Source of the DNA: Candidatus Bathyarchaeota archaeon
GTDB taxonomy: Archaea; Thermoproteota; Bathyarchaeia; Bathyarchaeales; Bathycorpusculaceae
Length of the DNA stretch: 64,000 nt
Direction of reading: 5' to 3'
Assembly: GCA_963720565.1 (NCBI GenBank)
Contig: CAVRFW010000013.1
Coordinates: forward strand, 1-64,000
Made by a program: the position numbers and the translations under genes. Of this stretch, positions 41,259 through 51,330 are shown piece by piece. How positions within the stretch are numbered: position 1 is the stretch's first letter; the number at the start of each line of letters is the position of its first letter. The notes under the pieces were generated by a model, which saw only the letters and a list, made by a program, of their open reading frames with translations, was not told where the DNA came from and did no database searches.

Positions 41259-42080
41259 ATGGCGCGGTTGCTTTTTGAGGATTTAGCGAAGAAGATACTT
41301 ACTTCAGCTAGAATTCAGAAATTGCACAGTTGGGTTGAAAACGCAAGCTCTGCAAGGAAATCCAGGTCTGTGGATGCATTTGCAAACCAGTATGACAAGG
41401 CTGAAGAGATTCTCACTTTCTACACATTTGCTCCTTTAATGTTAAGTCTAAACAGACTGGGCTTAACCAATAGGGTTCTTGGATTAGTCGGCATCAGTCC
41501 ACATGAAGAGAACGTGGTCGCTGTAGACATAGAAAGGTTATGTCAACCTCCAGCTGGCTATTTGCACTGGCTTAGAAATGAGGTAAAGAGTCATCCAATA
41601 AGGTACATCAGAGAACAGGCTATAGCCCATTCTAAGACAAACAAGCCATTGGAGTCACACACTCATGTGGACGCATTTGTTGAAACCGACAAGTTGCTTA
41701 TCTTTTTTGAAATAAAGTTTACTTCCGATATCTCTTTTTGTACAACTTTTAATCCAGTGAGAAATCAGTTGGCAAGGCTGATTGATGTTGGGTTAGATGT
41801 GGCTAAGCTCAGCGGCAAGGAGGTTTTGGTACTTTTGTCCACACCTTCCAGATTCTATGAGAGCAGAAGTAGGCTTTACTACTATAAAGTGCAGGAGTAT
41901 TCGGATCCTTTGCTAATTAGTAATGATGTTGCTTGGAGAACTGTTTCAGAGATAAGGGATAATGTTTTAGCGGTTAAATGGGTTGCTTTAGAGGACCTCA
42001 TCAAGGTTTTCTACACAGACTTTAGGCATCCTGACAAGGAGGAGGCTCTGGATTTCTTCAAAGAAAGACACCTTGCCTAA
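41259..42080 (+). CDS. Hypothetical protein with PD-(D/E)XK nuclease-like motif
   Basis: THVDAFVET..LIFFEIKF..RNQLAR; likely start ATG at 41259. Confidence 0.65.
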   Translation: MARLLFEDLAKKILTSARIQKLHSWVENASSARKSRSVDAFANQYDKAEEILTFYTFAPLMLSLNRLGLTNRVLGLVGISPHEENVVAVDIERLCQPPAGYLHWLRNEVKSHPIRYIREQAIAHSKTNKPLESHTHVDAFVETDKLLIFFEIKFTSDISFCTTFNPVRNQLARLIDVGLDVAKLSGKEVLVLLSTPSRFYESRSRLYYYKVQEYSDPLLISNDVAWRTVSEIRDNVLAVKWVALEDLIKVFYTDFRHPDKEEALDFFKERHLA

Positions 42081-42114
42081 TTTTTGGGATGTTTGAAATG
42101 AAAAAGCTACTCCT

Positions 42115-42363
42115 TTAGTTTGTTTTAGCCGGTGGGTTCAAGCAGAGGTAGCACCCTGCAAGCTTATGTTCATGGTAGATTGGGCAGAACACACAGTTGC
42201 ATCCTAGTGCTCTCACTTGGTCTACTGGTTTTTTGGTGATTCCTCTGGCACAGTATAGGACTGTTTTGTCTGGATTGGTTAAGCATTCTGTGCAATGGCA
42301 TTTGTTCTCGGTTTCTTCATTGTCAGGTACTGGTTTCTTTTGTTTGGCGTGTTTGAAAAGCAT
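42115..42363 (-). CDS. DUF2769-like Cys-rich protein
   Basis: VPDNEE..KCHCTEC..LYCARG..GCNCVFCPI..YLC. Confidence 0.8.
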   Translation of the reverse strand: MLFKHAKQKKPVPDNEETENKCHCTECLTNPDKTVLYCARGITKKPVDQVRALGCNCVFCPIYHEHKLAGCYLCLNPPAKTN

Positions 42364-42490
42364 AATGATAGATAAGTGCCTCCATCTTTAAATTTCTTGA
42401 TACTGAGTCCTGGAATGTTTGAAGTGAAAAAGTGAAAACCAAGTACTTGCTAATCCTTCATCTTCAAAAATGTTTTGGAGAAATCCAACC

Positions 42491-43147
42491 TCAAGCTGGA
42501 ATGTAACGTTCCCTCTCCGCCGTGAGCGTTCCACTTCTTCCAATCTGCACTTGTTTCTCGCCTCTAAACGACAACACCCGAGCATTAACAATCCGGACAG
42601 TGTCTCCCACAGAAACAGACCTTATCTGCTCACCCCACAGCACAAGCTTCACAGTCCCACTACTGTCCTCGATCAACGCGTCAGCCAAAACCCCCGGGTT
42701 GCCAAAACGCGTAATAATGGAATGGGGCTCACAAATCTCCATAACCCTAGCGGTCAGGTTAATCCTTCTCATCCCAACATGCAAATCACTGATTGCGCTC
42801 AGCCCAAAGATGCAAGCACTCTTCTTAGCCACGTACCTGCGAATCCGCTCAGAATCCATAAACTTGCTAATCGGATTGATCTTCTCCGAAAGAAAAACCT
42901 CCCCCAGCTGAATCTGCGCCACAACTTTTGAATCATTCTTCATCAGGAAAATCCTTCTGTCCCCAACCCTCCCGCGGCATTCGATTGAAAGACTCCCGCA
43001 CATGTTTTTCTGCTTCTCCTTGGTCGAGACCAAAACTTGAAACAATCGGTCAGGGTCAACACTATGCTTCGCTGAAAGAACAGCGAGATACTCGCCCTCT
43101 GGCACGTTCCTATTCCTCAAAGTTTCTTTTCTCCCACAGTGATTCAC
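42491..43147 (-). CDS. OB-fold single-stranded DNA-binding (RPA/SSB-like) protein with N-terminal extension
   Basis: ISDLHVGMRRINL..ITRFG..IEDSSGTVKLVLW..VGDTVRIVNA..FRGE. Confidence 0.85.
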   Translation of the reverse strand: MNHCGRKETLRNRNVPEGEYLAVLSAKHSVDPDRLFQVLVSTKEKQKNMCGSLSIECRGRVGDRRIFLMKNDSKVVAQIQLGEVFLSEKINPISKFMDSERIRRYVAKKSACIFGLSAISDLHVGMRRINLTARVMEICEPHSIITRFGNPGVLADALIEDSSGTVKLVLWGEQIRSVSVGDTVRIVNARVLSFRGEKQVQIGRSGTLTAERERYIPA

Positions 43148-43584
43148 CAGAACAGAGAAAGACTGAGAAACACCGCTACGATACAGATCTTAAGCTTTCT
43201 ATCTAGAGAAGTTCTGCCCCTTGACTAGGATGCAAACTCCCCATATTAACCTACCCCAGTTCCTAATTCCCTCAACCGTCAAGCTTTGAGATGGAATCTA
43301 CAACTGAAATCCACCCAAAAGCAAGCAACGGTTCCAACGAAGCCTCTAGATTGAAGAATATGTTTTCGAATTGGAGTTCTATCTACAGGGTCGTGACTTG
43401 TGCCAAAGTCGATGAGAATGCCGAGGACCGGGTTTGGACCAACGATTTGTGGAGATGTCTCCCGCACAATCTCCTTCTTTCTTTTTTCGCCTTCGCTATC
43501 TATTTTTCCCCTCTCATAATCTAGCGAGCAGAGAGGCAAATGTTATAAAAAGACAAGACACAAATGGTTAATGGGGAATTTGCG

Positions 43585-44208
43585 ATGGTTGAATTTAAAG
43601 AAATGCCTTATGACGAAAAACTAACTGGCATACTGGGTTATACGAAGATGGTGGAAAGTTTTGCTCCACAGCTTGTTAAGAAGGAGTTGGGCGAAGAAAA
43701 AGCAGATGAGCTGCGAAACCTGTGGAAAAAGGGGGCAAAGCCCATTCCTGAAGATGCCTCTGACAAAGAAAGATATGAGATAGCTTACAGAAATTTCATG
43801 GAGAAATGGGTTAGCGCCAACAACTTCATGAGTACGCATCAGGGTGAAGATGGCACTAAAAAGTACATGCAGGCTGCGATAGCAGCATGGAATCGGAAAT
43901 ACGCCCTCCGCGGCCTAATGTTTAAAGTTGTTGGCGGAATATCGCGCAAGAATGCCTTTCGGGTTGTTTCAAAGGGACTTGCGTATCAACTTCAAGTGTT
44001 CAGCCCTTTTTCGGTGACTGAACTAAAGGAAAATCGCATGGTCTTCGCCGTTACTCCCTGCAAAATCCTAGCGGACCAAAATGGCAGTGGTTTCTGTGTA
44101 ATGGCTTGCCAGAATATTATTCCATCTTGGCTAGAAGCGCAGTTCAACGTGAAAATGAACCTGAGCCGACAGGGAAGCAACTGCAACGCCATCTTTGAAC
44201 CTTTTTAG
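43585..44208 (+). CDS. Hypothetical protein with C-terminal Cys cluster (V4R/ATC-hydrolase-like)
   Basis: VTPCK..FCVMACQ..NC pattern. Confidence 0.65.
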   Translation: MVEFKEMPYDEKLTGILGYTKMVESFAPQLVKKELGEEKADELRNLWKKGAKPIPEDASDKERYEIAYRNFMEKWVSANNFMSTHQGEDGTKKYMQAAIAAWNRKYALRGLMFKVVGGISRKNAFRVVSKGLAYQLQVFSPFSVTELKENRMVFAVTPCKILADQNGSGFCVMACQNIIPSWLEAQFNVKMNLSRQGSNCNAIFEPF

Positions 44209-44520
44209 CTCTTGCATCCTTCAGATAATGAGAGAAATTAGGCGAGTCAACGCTGGGTTTATTTCTTCCATGGTCTTCTGACGCCTTTACTATCCCAATA
44301 AGCACAACACATGCGAACGGTAACAAACATAGTTATTCCTTCATGGTAACAGAATTTCTTGTTTGTCGCACCAGCCTTTGATCCGTCGGGAAGCGAGATG
44401 AGATCTGCTTTCTGTGCTTTTTCTCGTGAAAAATTAGGAGGATGAGGGAATTAAATTTTAGTGCACACGCACTCAGCGCGCGCACAAAATCATAAATAGC
44501 GATTATGCAATTGGTGATTC

Positions 44521-44991
44521 TTGGGGGGCGTGGTTAGTTTGGAATCTGGTGGACATGCGCGCATCAAGAGTATCATACGCAATATGCTTGAAGCATACAA
44601 CAAGAAGGACTTAGCGAGCATGCTTTCTTTCTTTGCAGATGATGCGGTCTATATTAGATCTGAGGGAACTTTTAGAGGAAAGGAAGAGATCAAGCGGTAC
44701 TACACTTGGAGTTATTCGAATTATTCAGAGGTATCTCTTAAAGAGAAAGGCATCGTTATCGAAGGGGATAGGGCTGTCCTTGAGTGGGCTTTAGAAGGGA
44801 CTTCTGTCAGGGGTGGCGGCAAGAAGGCACAGCTCGAAGGGCTGGATATATTTGAGTTCAAAAACGGCAAAGTTCAAGAGGTTCATATTTATCAGGATAG
44901 GCTTCTGGTTGCCAAACAGTTGGCAAGCGGGTGGTTTGAGAAGACAATAATAAACGCCGTTGTGAATAGGATGGAAAAAGGTCTACGTTAA
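44521..44991 (+). CDS. NTF2/SnoaL-like family protein
   Basis: EAYNKKDL..FADDAV..GKEEI..FEFKNGKV. Confidence 0.88.
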   Translation: MGGVVSLESGGHARIKSIIRNMLEAYNKKDLASMLSFFADDAVYIRSEGTFRGKEEIKRYYTWSYSNYSEVSLKEKGIVIEGDRAVLEWALEGTSVRGGGKKAQLEGLDIFEFKNGKVQEVHIYQDRLLVAKQLASGWFEKTIINAVVNRMEKGLR

Positions 44992-45241
44992 CACTTAACA
45001 CACACACCCCAAGATTAGAATTTAATCAAAAAAAAATTAACGCCAATAGTAGACCGTCCGCCGCTCTGAAAAGGCAGGTGTGTATGCAGGCGTGCAGGAT
45101 ACATGCTGCTTTTCTACACCATTCGCAAGCGACAATTTTCAGAATTGAATTTCTGAAGGGATACCTTTTAAAAGCAGTCTACCATTAAGAGCTTAAGCAA
45201 AAGCGATTTTGCCGAGTAATATAACAGGAGTTGAAAAAGTA

Positions 45242-45382
45242 TTGTCATATGGTAAAGAGATGCACAAGGCAACCTGCGCCGACTGCCAGAAGGAATGTGA
45301 AGTTCCATTCAAGCCAGACGGAAGCAGACCAGTTTATTGCCGAGAGTGCTACAGCAAACGAAGACCACCACGAAGATATTAA
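45242..45382 (+). CDS. CxxC-x17-CxxC domain small protein
   Basis: Manual ORF MSYGKEMHKATCADCQKECEVPFKPDGSRPVYCRECYSKRRPPRRY*. Confidence 0.9.
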   Translation: MSYGKEMHKATCADCQKECEVPFKPDGSRPVYCRECYSKRRPPRRY

Positions 45383-45557
45383 GCTAACAAGCTAACATCT
45401 TAACTTCGTCTTAACAATCTATTTTCCTTTTTCTCTTTTCTTATTCAAATTTTTGGTGCAAGAAAAAACACTGAAATTTAATCAGCCATGAGTTGCCCTT
45501 GACTGGCGCAGGCTACTCTTCTAGATTCAATTCCCGTCGGACCCGCCCTATGTTTTC

Positions 45558-46520
45558 TTAGAGTTTCTGGCGTGTTGTTCGTTTGGGCGGTTCATCCGAT
45601 TGATTTCTTGGCGAGTTAGAGTTTGTTTTGGTTTCCGTGTTTAGGAGTTGCTTTAACCGCCAGATTAATACATCACGGTCATTGGGTTTTTGTTGCATCC
45701 ACAATTCACGGTTCTCTCTAAATTGTTCGCCTGTGATTTTGTGTTGCTTTTGCAGTTCGCCCAGCAACTTAGTGAATCCTTGCATGTCCAACTGTTCGCC
45801 GGTCACTTCGTTTGTTGTTTTTGTTTCCCCTGACAGGTTTGCTCCGACTGGTTCGCTGTCTGGCGGAGGATAAGTGTGGTATAAGAAACGTACAAAGTAC
45901 AGATTATCCCAGCCTTGAGTTATGGACAAGCTGTTTTTGGCTTTTGCCAACTCATCAGTATAGTGTTCATATTCTTGACCAAGTGAGTAGTACTTGGTCT
46001 GTACACTCGACGCATCGATCACGCGGTTAACAAAATGCCGCAGATGCTGATTGCTTAAGATGGGTAAAACCGTTCCACTTTCATAATTAAAGCAATATAT
46101 GATTTTTTTGGCAATTTGCTTGTCTTGCCCGAGTCCGCCTATTTTATCCCAAGGAGCATCCACTTTTTGTGCCAAAGACTTCCTGCTATCCACCACAGTG
46201 CGAAGCAAGTTCTTGAAGTCACCAATTTGAAGTCGAGCGTTGCGGTAAACGTTAGAGCTGCCAAAGGTTGGGTAGCCCAGCGACTTAAAGTAGTTTTCCA
46301 GAAATTGGAAGAATTCGCCGACTTCATCAGGATTTAATTTAAAGAGTTTATCAGGGTCTAACCATTCTATTGATCGAAGATTTTCGACAAAAGGAAATTT
46401 CTTTCTAAACTCTTTAAGCAATCCAAGCGCGGTATCAACCTCAGTTTTGACTAAGCCACTTTTGTCAAAGGCATTTGCTTTCTCTTGAATTGAATTACTT
46501 CGAAGCATTCTAACCCACAA
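45558..46520 (-). CDS. Hypothetical protein
   Basis: ORF 320 aa. Confidence 0.75.
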   Translation of the reverse strand: MWVRMLRSNSIQEKANAFDKSGLVKTEVDTALGLLKEFRKKFPFVENLRSIEWLDPDKLFKLNPDEVGEFFQFLENYFKSLGYPTFGSSNVYRNARLQIGDFKNLLRTVVDSRKSLAQKVDAPWDKIGGLGQDKQIAKKIIYCFNYESGTVLPILSNQHLRHFVNRVIDASSVQTKYYSLGQEYEHYTDELAKAKNSLSITQGWDNLYFVRFLYHTYPPPDSEPVGANLSGETKTTNEVTGEQLDMQGFTKLLGELQKQHKITGEQFRENRELWMQQKPNDRDVLIWRLKQLLNTETKTNSNSPRNQSDEPPKRTTRQKL

Positions 46521-46618
46521 CTAGTATTCATAATTTAGGCTAAATACATTTGCAGTAAACTTCGTAATATAATATAAAGCGCGCGTTAAAACTCACGATG
46601 TTGATCTTGTGCCCGAGG

Positions 46619-46735
46619 TCAGAGATTGAGTGTGTCGCATTTCGGGCATTTCCAATCCGAGTTTTCTTCAAGCGAAACAACAAATTGCTGACCACATTTC
46701 TTGCAGACTCTATCTGTTCTAAATTGACAAGGCAT
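46619..46735 (-). CDS. Small Zn-ribbon protein (38 aa)
   Basis: Manual ORF MPCQFRTDRVCKKCGQQFVVSLEENSDWKCPKCDTLNL*. Confidence 0.6.
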   Translation of the reverse strand: MPCQFRTDRVCKKCGQQFVVSLEENSDWKCPKCDTLNL

Positions 46736-46873
46736 TATTGGCACTCTTCACCGAAGACGCCTAAGAATAAGTAGAGCGCGGAAACATATAAGAACTCTGG
46801 AAAAAGCCGACAAATCCAGTGGGCTTAGTTTATCACACGCACGTGGAGAACGAATAGGGTTTTGGTTTAGCTT

Positions 46874-47284
46874 CTAAGTATTTTTCTTGGTTAGCCTTGG
46901 AGAAGTCTCCATGTCTTTCATGAAAACACCCCAAATTGGTCCAATCGTATCCGCAAACTTGCGGTGAACTTTGTATAAAGCTTTGAAATAAAGTTTGGTT
47001 GCCTGTTCGTATTCTGTTTGTGCCATTCTCTCTCCATGTTCGGGCAAGCAGGATTTGTATGCCTCGTCTATTTCTGAGTCAAGAGTCTTCTTTGCTTCCT
47101 TCACTATCATGTTATCTTGGGTGTAAATGTCCCATGCATTTTTGATTCCATCACGATAAGCCTTTCTTGCTTCTCTTACTTTCTCTTCGTCTTTACTCAG
47201 CGTCTTCCTTTCCCTAATCAAATGTCCCCAACTTGTGCTGACTTCGATTCTGAAGAATTGCTTTGCGTTCACATTTGTCACCAC
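46874..47284 (-). CDS. Hypothetical helical protein
   Basis: ORF 136 aa; start uncertain. Confidence 0.55.
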   Translation of the reverse strand: MVTNVNAKQFFRIEVSTSWGHLIRERKTLSKDEEKVREARKAYRDGIKNAWDIYTQDNMIVKEAKKTLDSEIDEAYKSCLPEHGERMAQTEYEQATKLYFKALYKVHRKFADTIGPIWGVFMKDMETSPRLTKKNT

Positions 47285-47692
47285 TCTACAATTAGAGAGC
47301 AGACGGCAACATAAACTTGTTATTGAAGCAACTCCTTGAAAGAATAGAACTTAACTCTTGTTTTGACTATGTGCGGGTCTGCCGCTCTTTTAAGCAGTTC
47401 TTTGATCTGGTCTATCAGTGTCTTCAGAGAATATTGTCATGGGAAACTATTTTTTATGCCCATTTTTCTTCATTTCTGCTTACTGCTGCTTCCACGTCTT
47501 TTTTCCTTTGTTTTTTGTTTTGCTTTTTGTTTCGTTTTTCGGTTTGTTTTTTGTTTTGTTTTTAATTTTGATTGCCCCTCCTGCACTATTCCTTCCACTG
47601 TTCAATTGTCCCGGACCCTTATTCGTTTTGCCTCCTGCCTCTTCAAGCAATCATCGAGTTTCTAGTTTAAACCAAAATGTGACGGATAAACT

Positions 47693-48157
47693 TCAACGCG
47701 CAAACTCGTTGTCTGCTGCTTCTTCTTTTTCCTTCTTTTCAGTTGGCTCCACAATTCTTACAGCATCATGGTGCCGTATCCTCAAAAACTTGTCAATCTT
47801 TTCCATGTCTTTTTCGAGAAGATAAAACTTCTCATGTAATTCTGCTTTGCGATGCGCCTGCTTGTAGGTTAAACCTTCAGTTTCCATTAAAGAGAGCTCA
47901 TATTTTTCGTGCCCCTGAAGAACACGCTCCCTTCTTTTTGGGTTCTCAAAAACGTCTTGCCTCATCCAGATTTCATCCTCTGGAATCTTACCACGCAAGT
48001 TCTCTGGCAATTCGTTCTGCGGGCACAAACCGTGAAGGGCAATGTAGTCACCCATTACTGACCGCGGTTTAACCACCACAGTGAAAGGCACAGTTGCTTT
48101 CCCGCGTCCATAAACATCATACGGCTTCTTTTCACTCTTGCTTCCACTTTTAGCCAA
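47693..48157 (-). CDS. Hypothetical protein (HExxE motif)
   Basis: IPEDEIWM..QGHEKYE..YKQAHRKA. Confidence 0.7.
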   Translation of the reverse strand: MAKSGSKSEKKPYDVYGRGKATVPFTVVVKPRSVMGDYIALHGLCPQNELPENLRGKIPEDEIWMRQDVFENPKRRERVLQGHEKYELSLMETEGLTYKQAHRKAELHEKFYLLEKDMEKIDKFLRIRHHDAVRIVEPTEKKEKEEAADNEFAR

Positions 48158-48300
48158 ATATCGACTCTCCCTGAGAATTGGAAAGAGATAAACAGTTACT
48201 AGTAGTTATTTTTTCCGAAACCATTTTTGGAAGCCCGCTGCGCAATTTCCGTTTCATACTCTTAAATAAACCACCAAACAATACAACATCAGGCGTCGAG

Positions 48301-48633
48301 ATGAGCAAGAAAAAAGCAGAAGAAAAAACCTATCATGACGCGTGCGTTAGAGAAATTGCCAATGAATTAAAAAAGGACAATTGGGCGGTGAAGGCAAGTC
48401 TGGACGATTGGGAAAAACCATCCAAAATCGGAGAGAGCGTTCCAGACATAGTAGCGAAGAAAGGCTGTTTGAAGCGGATTTGTGAGGTGGCAACTGAGGA
48501 TATGTTTGAGGGAAACAAAAAACGATATAGAGAGTTCAAGAACTACTGCGACGAATACGACTTTCACTTTTTTATCCTGGACAAGGATGGAAAACGAAGG
48601 CAAATCGACCCTGAAACCTTCGGAAAGAAATAG
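48301..48633 (+). CDS. Small protein with restriction-endonuclease-like PD...E motif
   Basis: HDACVREIA..VPDIVAKK..ICEVAT; ATG at 48301. Confidence 0.65.
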   Translation: MSKKKAEEKTYHDACVREIANELKKDNWAVKASLDDWEKPSKIGESVPDIVAKKGCLKRICEVATEDMFEGNKKRYREFKNYCDEYDFHFFILDKDGKRRQIDPETFGKK

Positions 48634-48759
48634 CTCCTTTTACCGTCGTAAGTACTCGCGCGAGGTGACAGGACAGTTGAATCCAAGAATCTCAAGGTTA
48701 AATAATAATATCGACGACCTTTCAGTACTGTTTAGCGTTTGCCCATATAGGATACCAAG

Positions 48760-49896
48760 GTGATAGTAATGACTGAAAAAAAGAATTACTACGAGATTCT
48801 AGGCGTTCCAAAATCCGCATCCAAAGACGTGATAAAAGACGCCTACAGGAAACTAGCGCTGCAATATCACCCTGACAGGAACAAGTCTCCGGGAGCTGAA
48901 GAGAAGTTCAAGGAGATATCTGAAGCCTACGCAGTGCTATCGGATGATGAGAAACGGCAACAGTATGACACATTAGGTGATGCTGGATTTGACCAAAGGT
49001 ATAGTCGAGAGGACATTTTCCGAGGTGCAGACTTCGACTCGATATTCCGCGACATGGGAGTCAGTTCCGGCTTTGGAGATCTCTTCAACGTTTTCTTCGG
49101 AGGTCAAGACTTCGAAGAAAGACAGGAGGTTATCAGCGGTCGAGATTTGCGCTACGAAGTTTACATAACCCTTGAAGAAGCAGCGAGTGGTGTTGAAAAG
49201 GAAATTGATATCCCACGGATTGAGAGATGCGAAGTCTGTGGGGGCTCTGGAGCTGCGACAGGCACTTCTGTGCAAACTTGTCCAAAGTGCAAGGGGTCTG
49301 GACAGCTCCAAAAAAGAAGCGGAAGCGGCTTTGGTACATTTGTGCAGATCGTGCCGTGCTCTGCATGCAAAGGCCGGGGTCAAATCATTGTTTCACCATG
49401 CAGAAACTGCAAGGGAAAAGGCCGCGTAAAAAGGGAGCGGAAAATTACGGTGAAGATACCGGTTGGCATAACTGAAGGATACCAGCTTAGGCTTGAAGGA
49501 CAAGGAGAAGCACCGCCTGGCGAAGGCCCCTCAGGAGATTTGTACATTCTTATCCACATGGTGCCTCATCGATACTTCATGAGAGATGGAGACAATCTCT
49601 TGTACAATCTAAATATTAGCGTTCCTCAAGCAGCATTAGGCGCGGAAGTTACTATACCCGCGATCGAAGGAAAGGCCAACCTGAGAATTCATCCTGGAAC
49701 ACAGCCTGGGCAAATTCTTAGGGTTAAAGGCAGGGGCATGCCGAGAATTGGAGGGTATGGCAGAGGCGATCTGCGAGTTCGTGTGAACGTGGTTGTTCCT
49801 GAAAAGCTGACTCAGCATCAAAGGACCCTAATGGAAGAGCTGGCCAGAGAACTAGACCAGAATGTCCAACAAAAGGATGAAAAACTGAGGTTCTAA
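48760..49896 (+). CDS. dnaJ: Molecular chaperone DnaJ
   Basis: J-domain with HPD, G/F region, four CxxCxGxG repeats, C-terminal domains. Confidence 0.95.
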   Translation: MIVMTEKKNYYEILGVPKSASKDVIKDAYRKLALQYHPDRNKSPGAEEKFKEISEAYAVLSDDEKRQQYDTLGDAGFDQRYSREDIFRGADFDSIFRDMGVSSGFGDLFNVFFGGQDFEERQEVISGRDLRYEVYITLEEAASGVEKEIDIPRIERCEVCGGSGAATGTSVQTCPKCKGSGQLQKRSGSGFGTFVQIVPCSACKGRGQIIVSPCRNCKGKGRVKRERKITVKIPVGITEGYQLRLEGQGEAPPGEGPSGDLYILIHMVPHRYFMRDGDNLLYNLNISVPQAALGAEVTIPAIEGKANLRIHPGTQPGQILRVKGRGMPRIGGYGRGDLRVRVNVVVPEKLTQHQRTLMEELARELDQNVQQKDEKLRF

Positions 49897-50090
49897 GCGC
49901 ACTTAATAAGAATTTTGCATAGAAACGCCCAGATAATTGTTTCTTATTGCACGCCCTAAATCGCAGACAGGCACGAGTTTGTCAAGAAAATTTGACTAAG
50001 AAAACCGGTTTTTGGGCGTATTTAGTCAAGAAACCTTTACAAAAACCCCTTTAAGTAAAAAAGGACATAGCTTAACTGGGGACACGACTG

Positions 50091-51230
50091 TTGCAGAGTG
50101 TCATAAAAGGGCGGATTGAAAGTTTCCTGGCAACCGTCTTAGTGCTTATCCCTCTGATAGTTGGAAGCTTTGCAGTCTACGGCTCACAGTCTATGATCAG
50201 CAACGTTGAAATCAAGGAGCCTCTTGAAATACTCGACTATCCTGCCAACTTGGTTCTTTACCCGGGAGAAACTGTAGACTTCAACGTTACTGTTCAGAAT
50301 TATGCGTCTGTAACCTACTCTGTGCTACTTGACTTTCGTTTAAACGATACAGACTATCAGTCAAAGTACGTTACTTTCGCTGACAACAATTACAGTGTAT
50401 TGCCTGGAACGCAAAAGCTTCCTACGTTATTGACAGTGGCTCCGCACGCCCCATCGGCAAACCTTCTGATGACGATAAACCTTGTGCGTAACTTGCAGTC
50501 TAGTGTGTCGCCTTCACCAACTCCTCAAACACCGACAAAATCAGAGTTGCAGCCGTCCTTAGAGCTTCTCAGCGGAGGTGCCAGATGGGCTGCCCGGGAA
50601 GGCAAATCTGCCTTGTACGTTAATTGGCTGGATAATTGGAATGCACACCACCTGAGCGGTGGTGCCGACTGGGAGTGGTTCTCAGAGGCATCCATGCAAA
50701 ACTGGCGTTCATCGATAACGGCCGCTTTGGAACAGGCAGGTTTCGAAGTGACGCTTTCCGGAGACATACCTGACGACTTTAATTCCTATGATTTGGTTGT
50801 TCTCTTTGCATATTATGCGGTTGAGCCTCAGCATGAACCTCTAATCAGAGACTACATCTTGAATGGGGGAAGCTTGGTCGTATTGGCTGGCACTCAGCAA
50901 TATCTGACGGTTTATTCAAAGAGCCTTTCAACTAGTCCATCCTATTTCGGCGATTTCTCTGATGAAAACACGTCGATGCAGGAATGGTTTGGATGCAGCG
51001 GTTACGTAAATACTGGTGGGTCTGCAAGCCCTGCTTTTGACTATCCATTTGAAACCTCGCTTTCTGTGAACGACATACTCTTTAGTGGTGTACCAACGCA
51101 TGCAGGAGTCAATTCTTTGAACGAGAACGCTACAGCCATAGCATTTTGGAGTTCAGGTGATATCTTTGCTTTTACATATGAATATGGCGATGGCCGGATT
51201 TACTATCAAGCAATTGTTGAACAAATTTGA
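50091..51230 (+). CDS. Exported hypothetical protein (Ig-like + class I GATase-like domain)
   Basis: N-terminal TM; YDLVVL..IRDYILNGGSLVVL..YGDGRI. Confidence 0.7.
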   Translation: MQSVIKGRIESFLATVLVLIPLIVGSFAVYGSQSMISNVEIKEPLEILDYPANLVLYPGETVDFNVTVQNYASVTYSVLLDFRLNDTDYQSKYVTFADNNYSVLPGTQKLPTLLTVAPHAPSANLLMTINLVRNLQSSVSPSPTPQTPTKSELQPSLELLSGGARWAAREGKSALYVNWLDNWNAHHLSGGADWEWFSEASMQNWRSSITAALEQAGFEVTLSGDIPDDFNSYDLVVLFAYYAVEPQHEPLIRDYILNGGSLVVLAGTQQYLTVYSKSLSTSPSYFGDFSDENTSMQEWFGCSGYVNTGGSASPAFDYPFETSLSVNDILFSGVPTHAGVNSLNENATAIAFWSSGDIFAFTYEYGDGRIYYQAIVEQI

Positions 51231-51330
51231 TGCGTGCGTTGACTGCTTCTGCTATTAACAGTGACCGACAGAGTGACTGAGACAAAGTGACAGACTGACT
51301 GGAGGGGGATACACAAACGCAAGGGCACAC

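Noticed and set aside
47317..47825. Phe-rich plus-strand ORFs
   Set aside because: They are by-products of a T-rich low-complexity stretch. A Lys/Asn-rich minus-strand micro-ORF is possible but unsupported.
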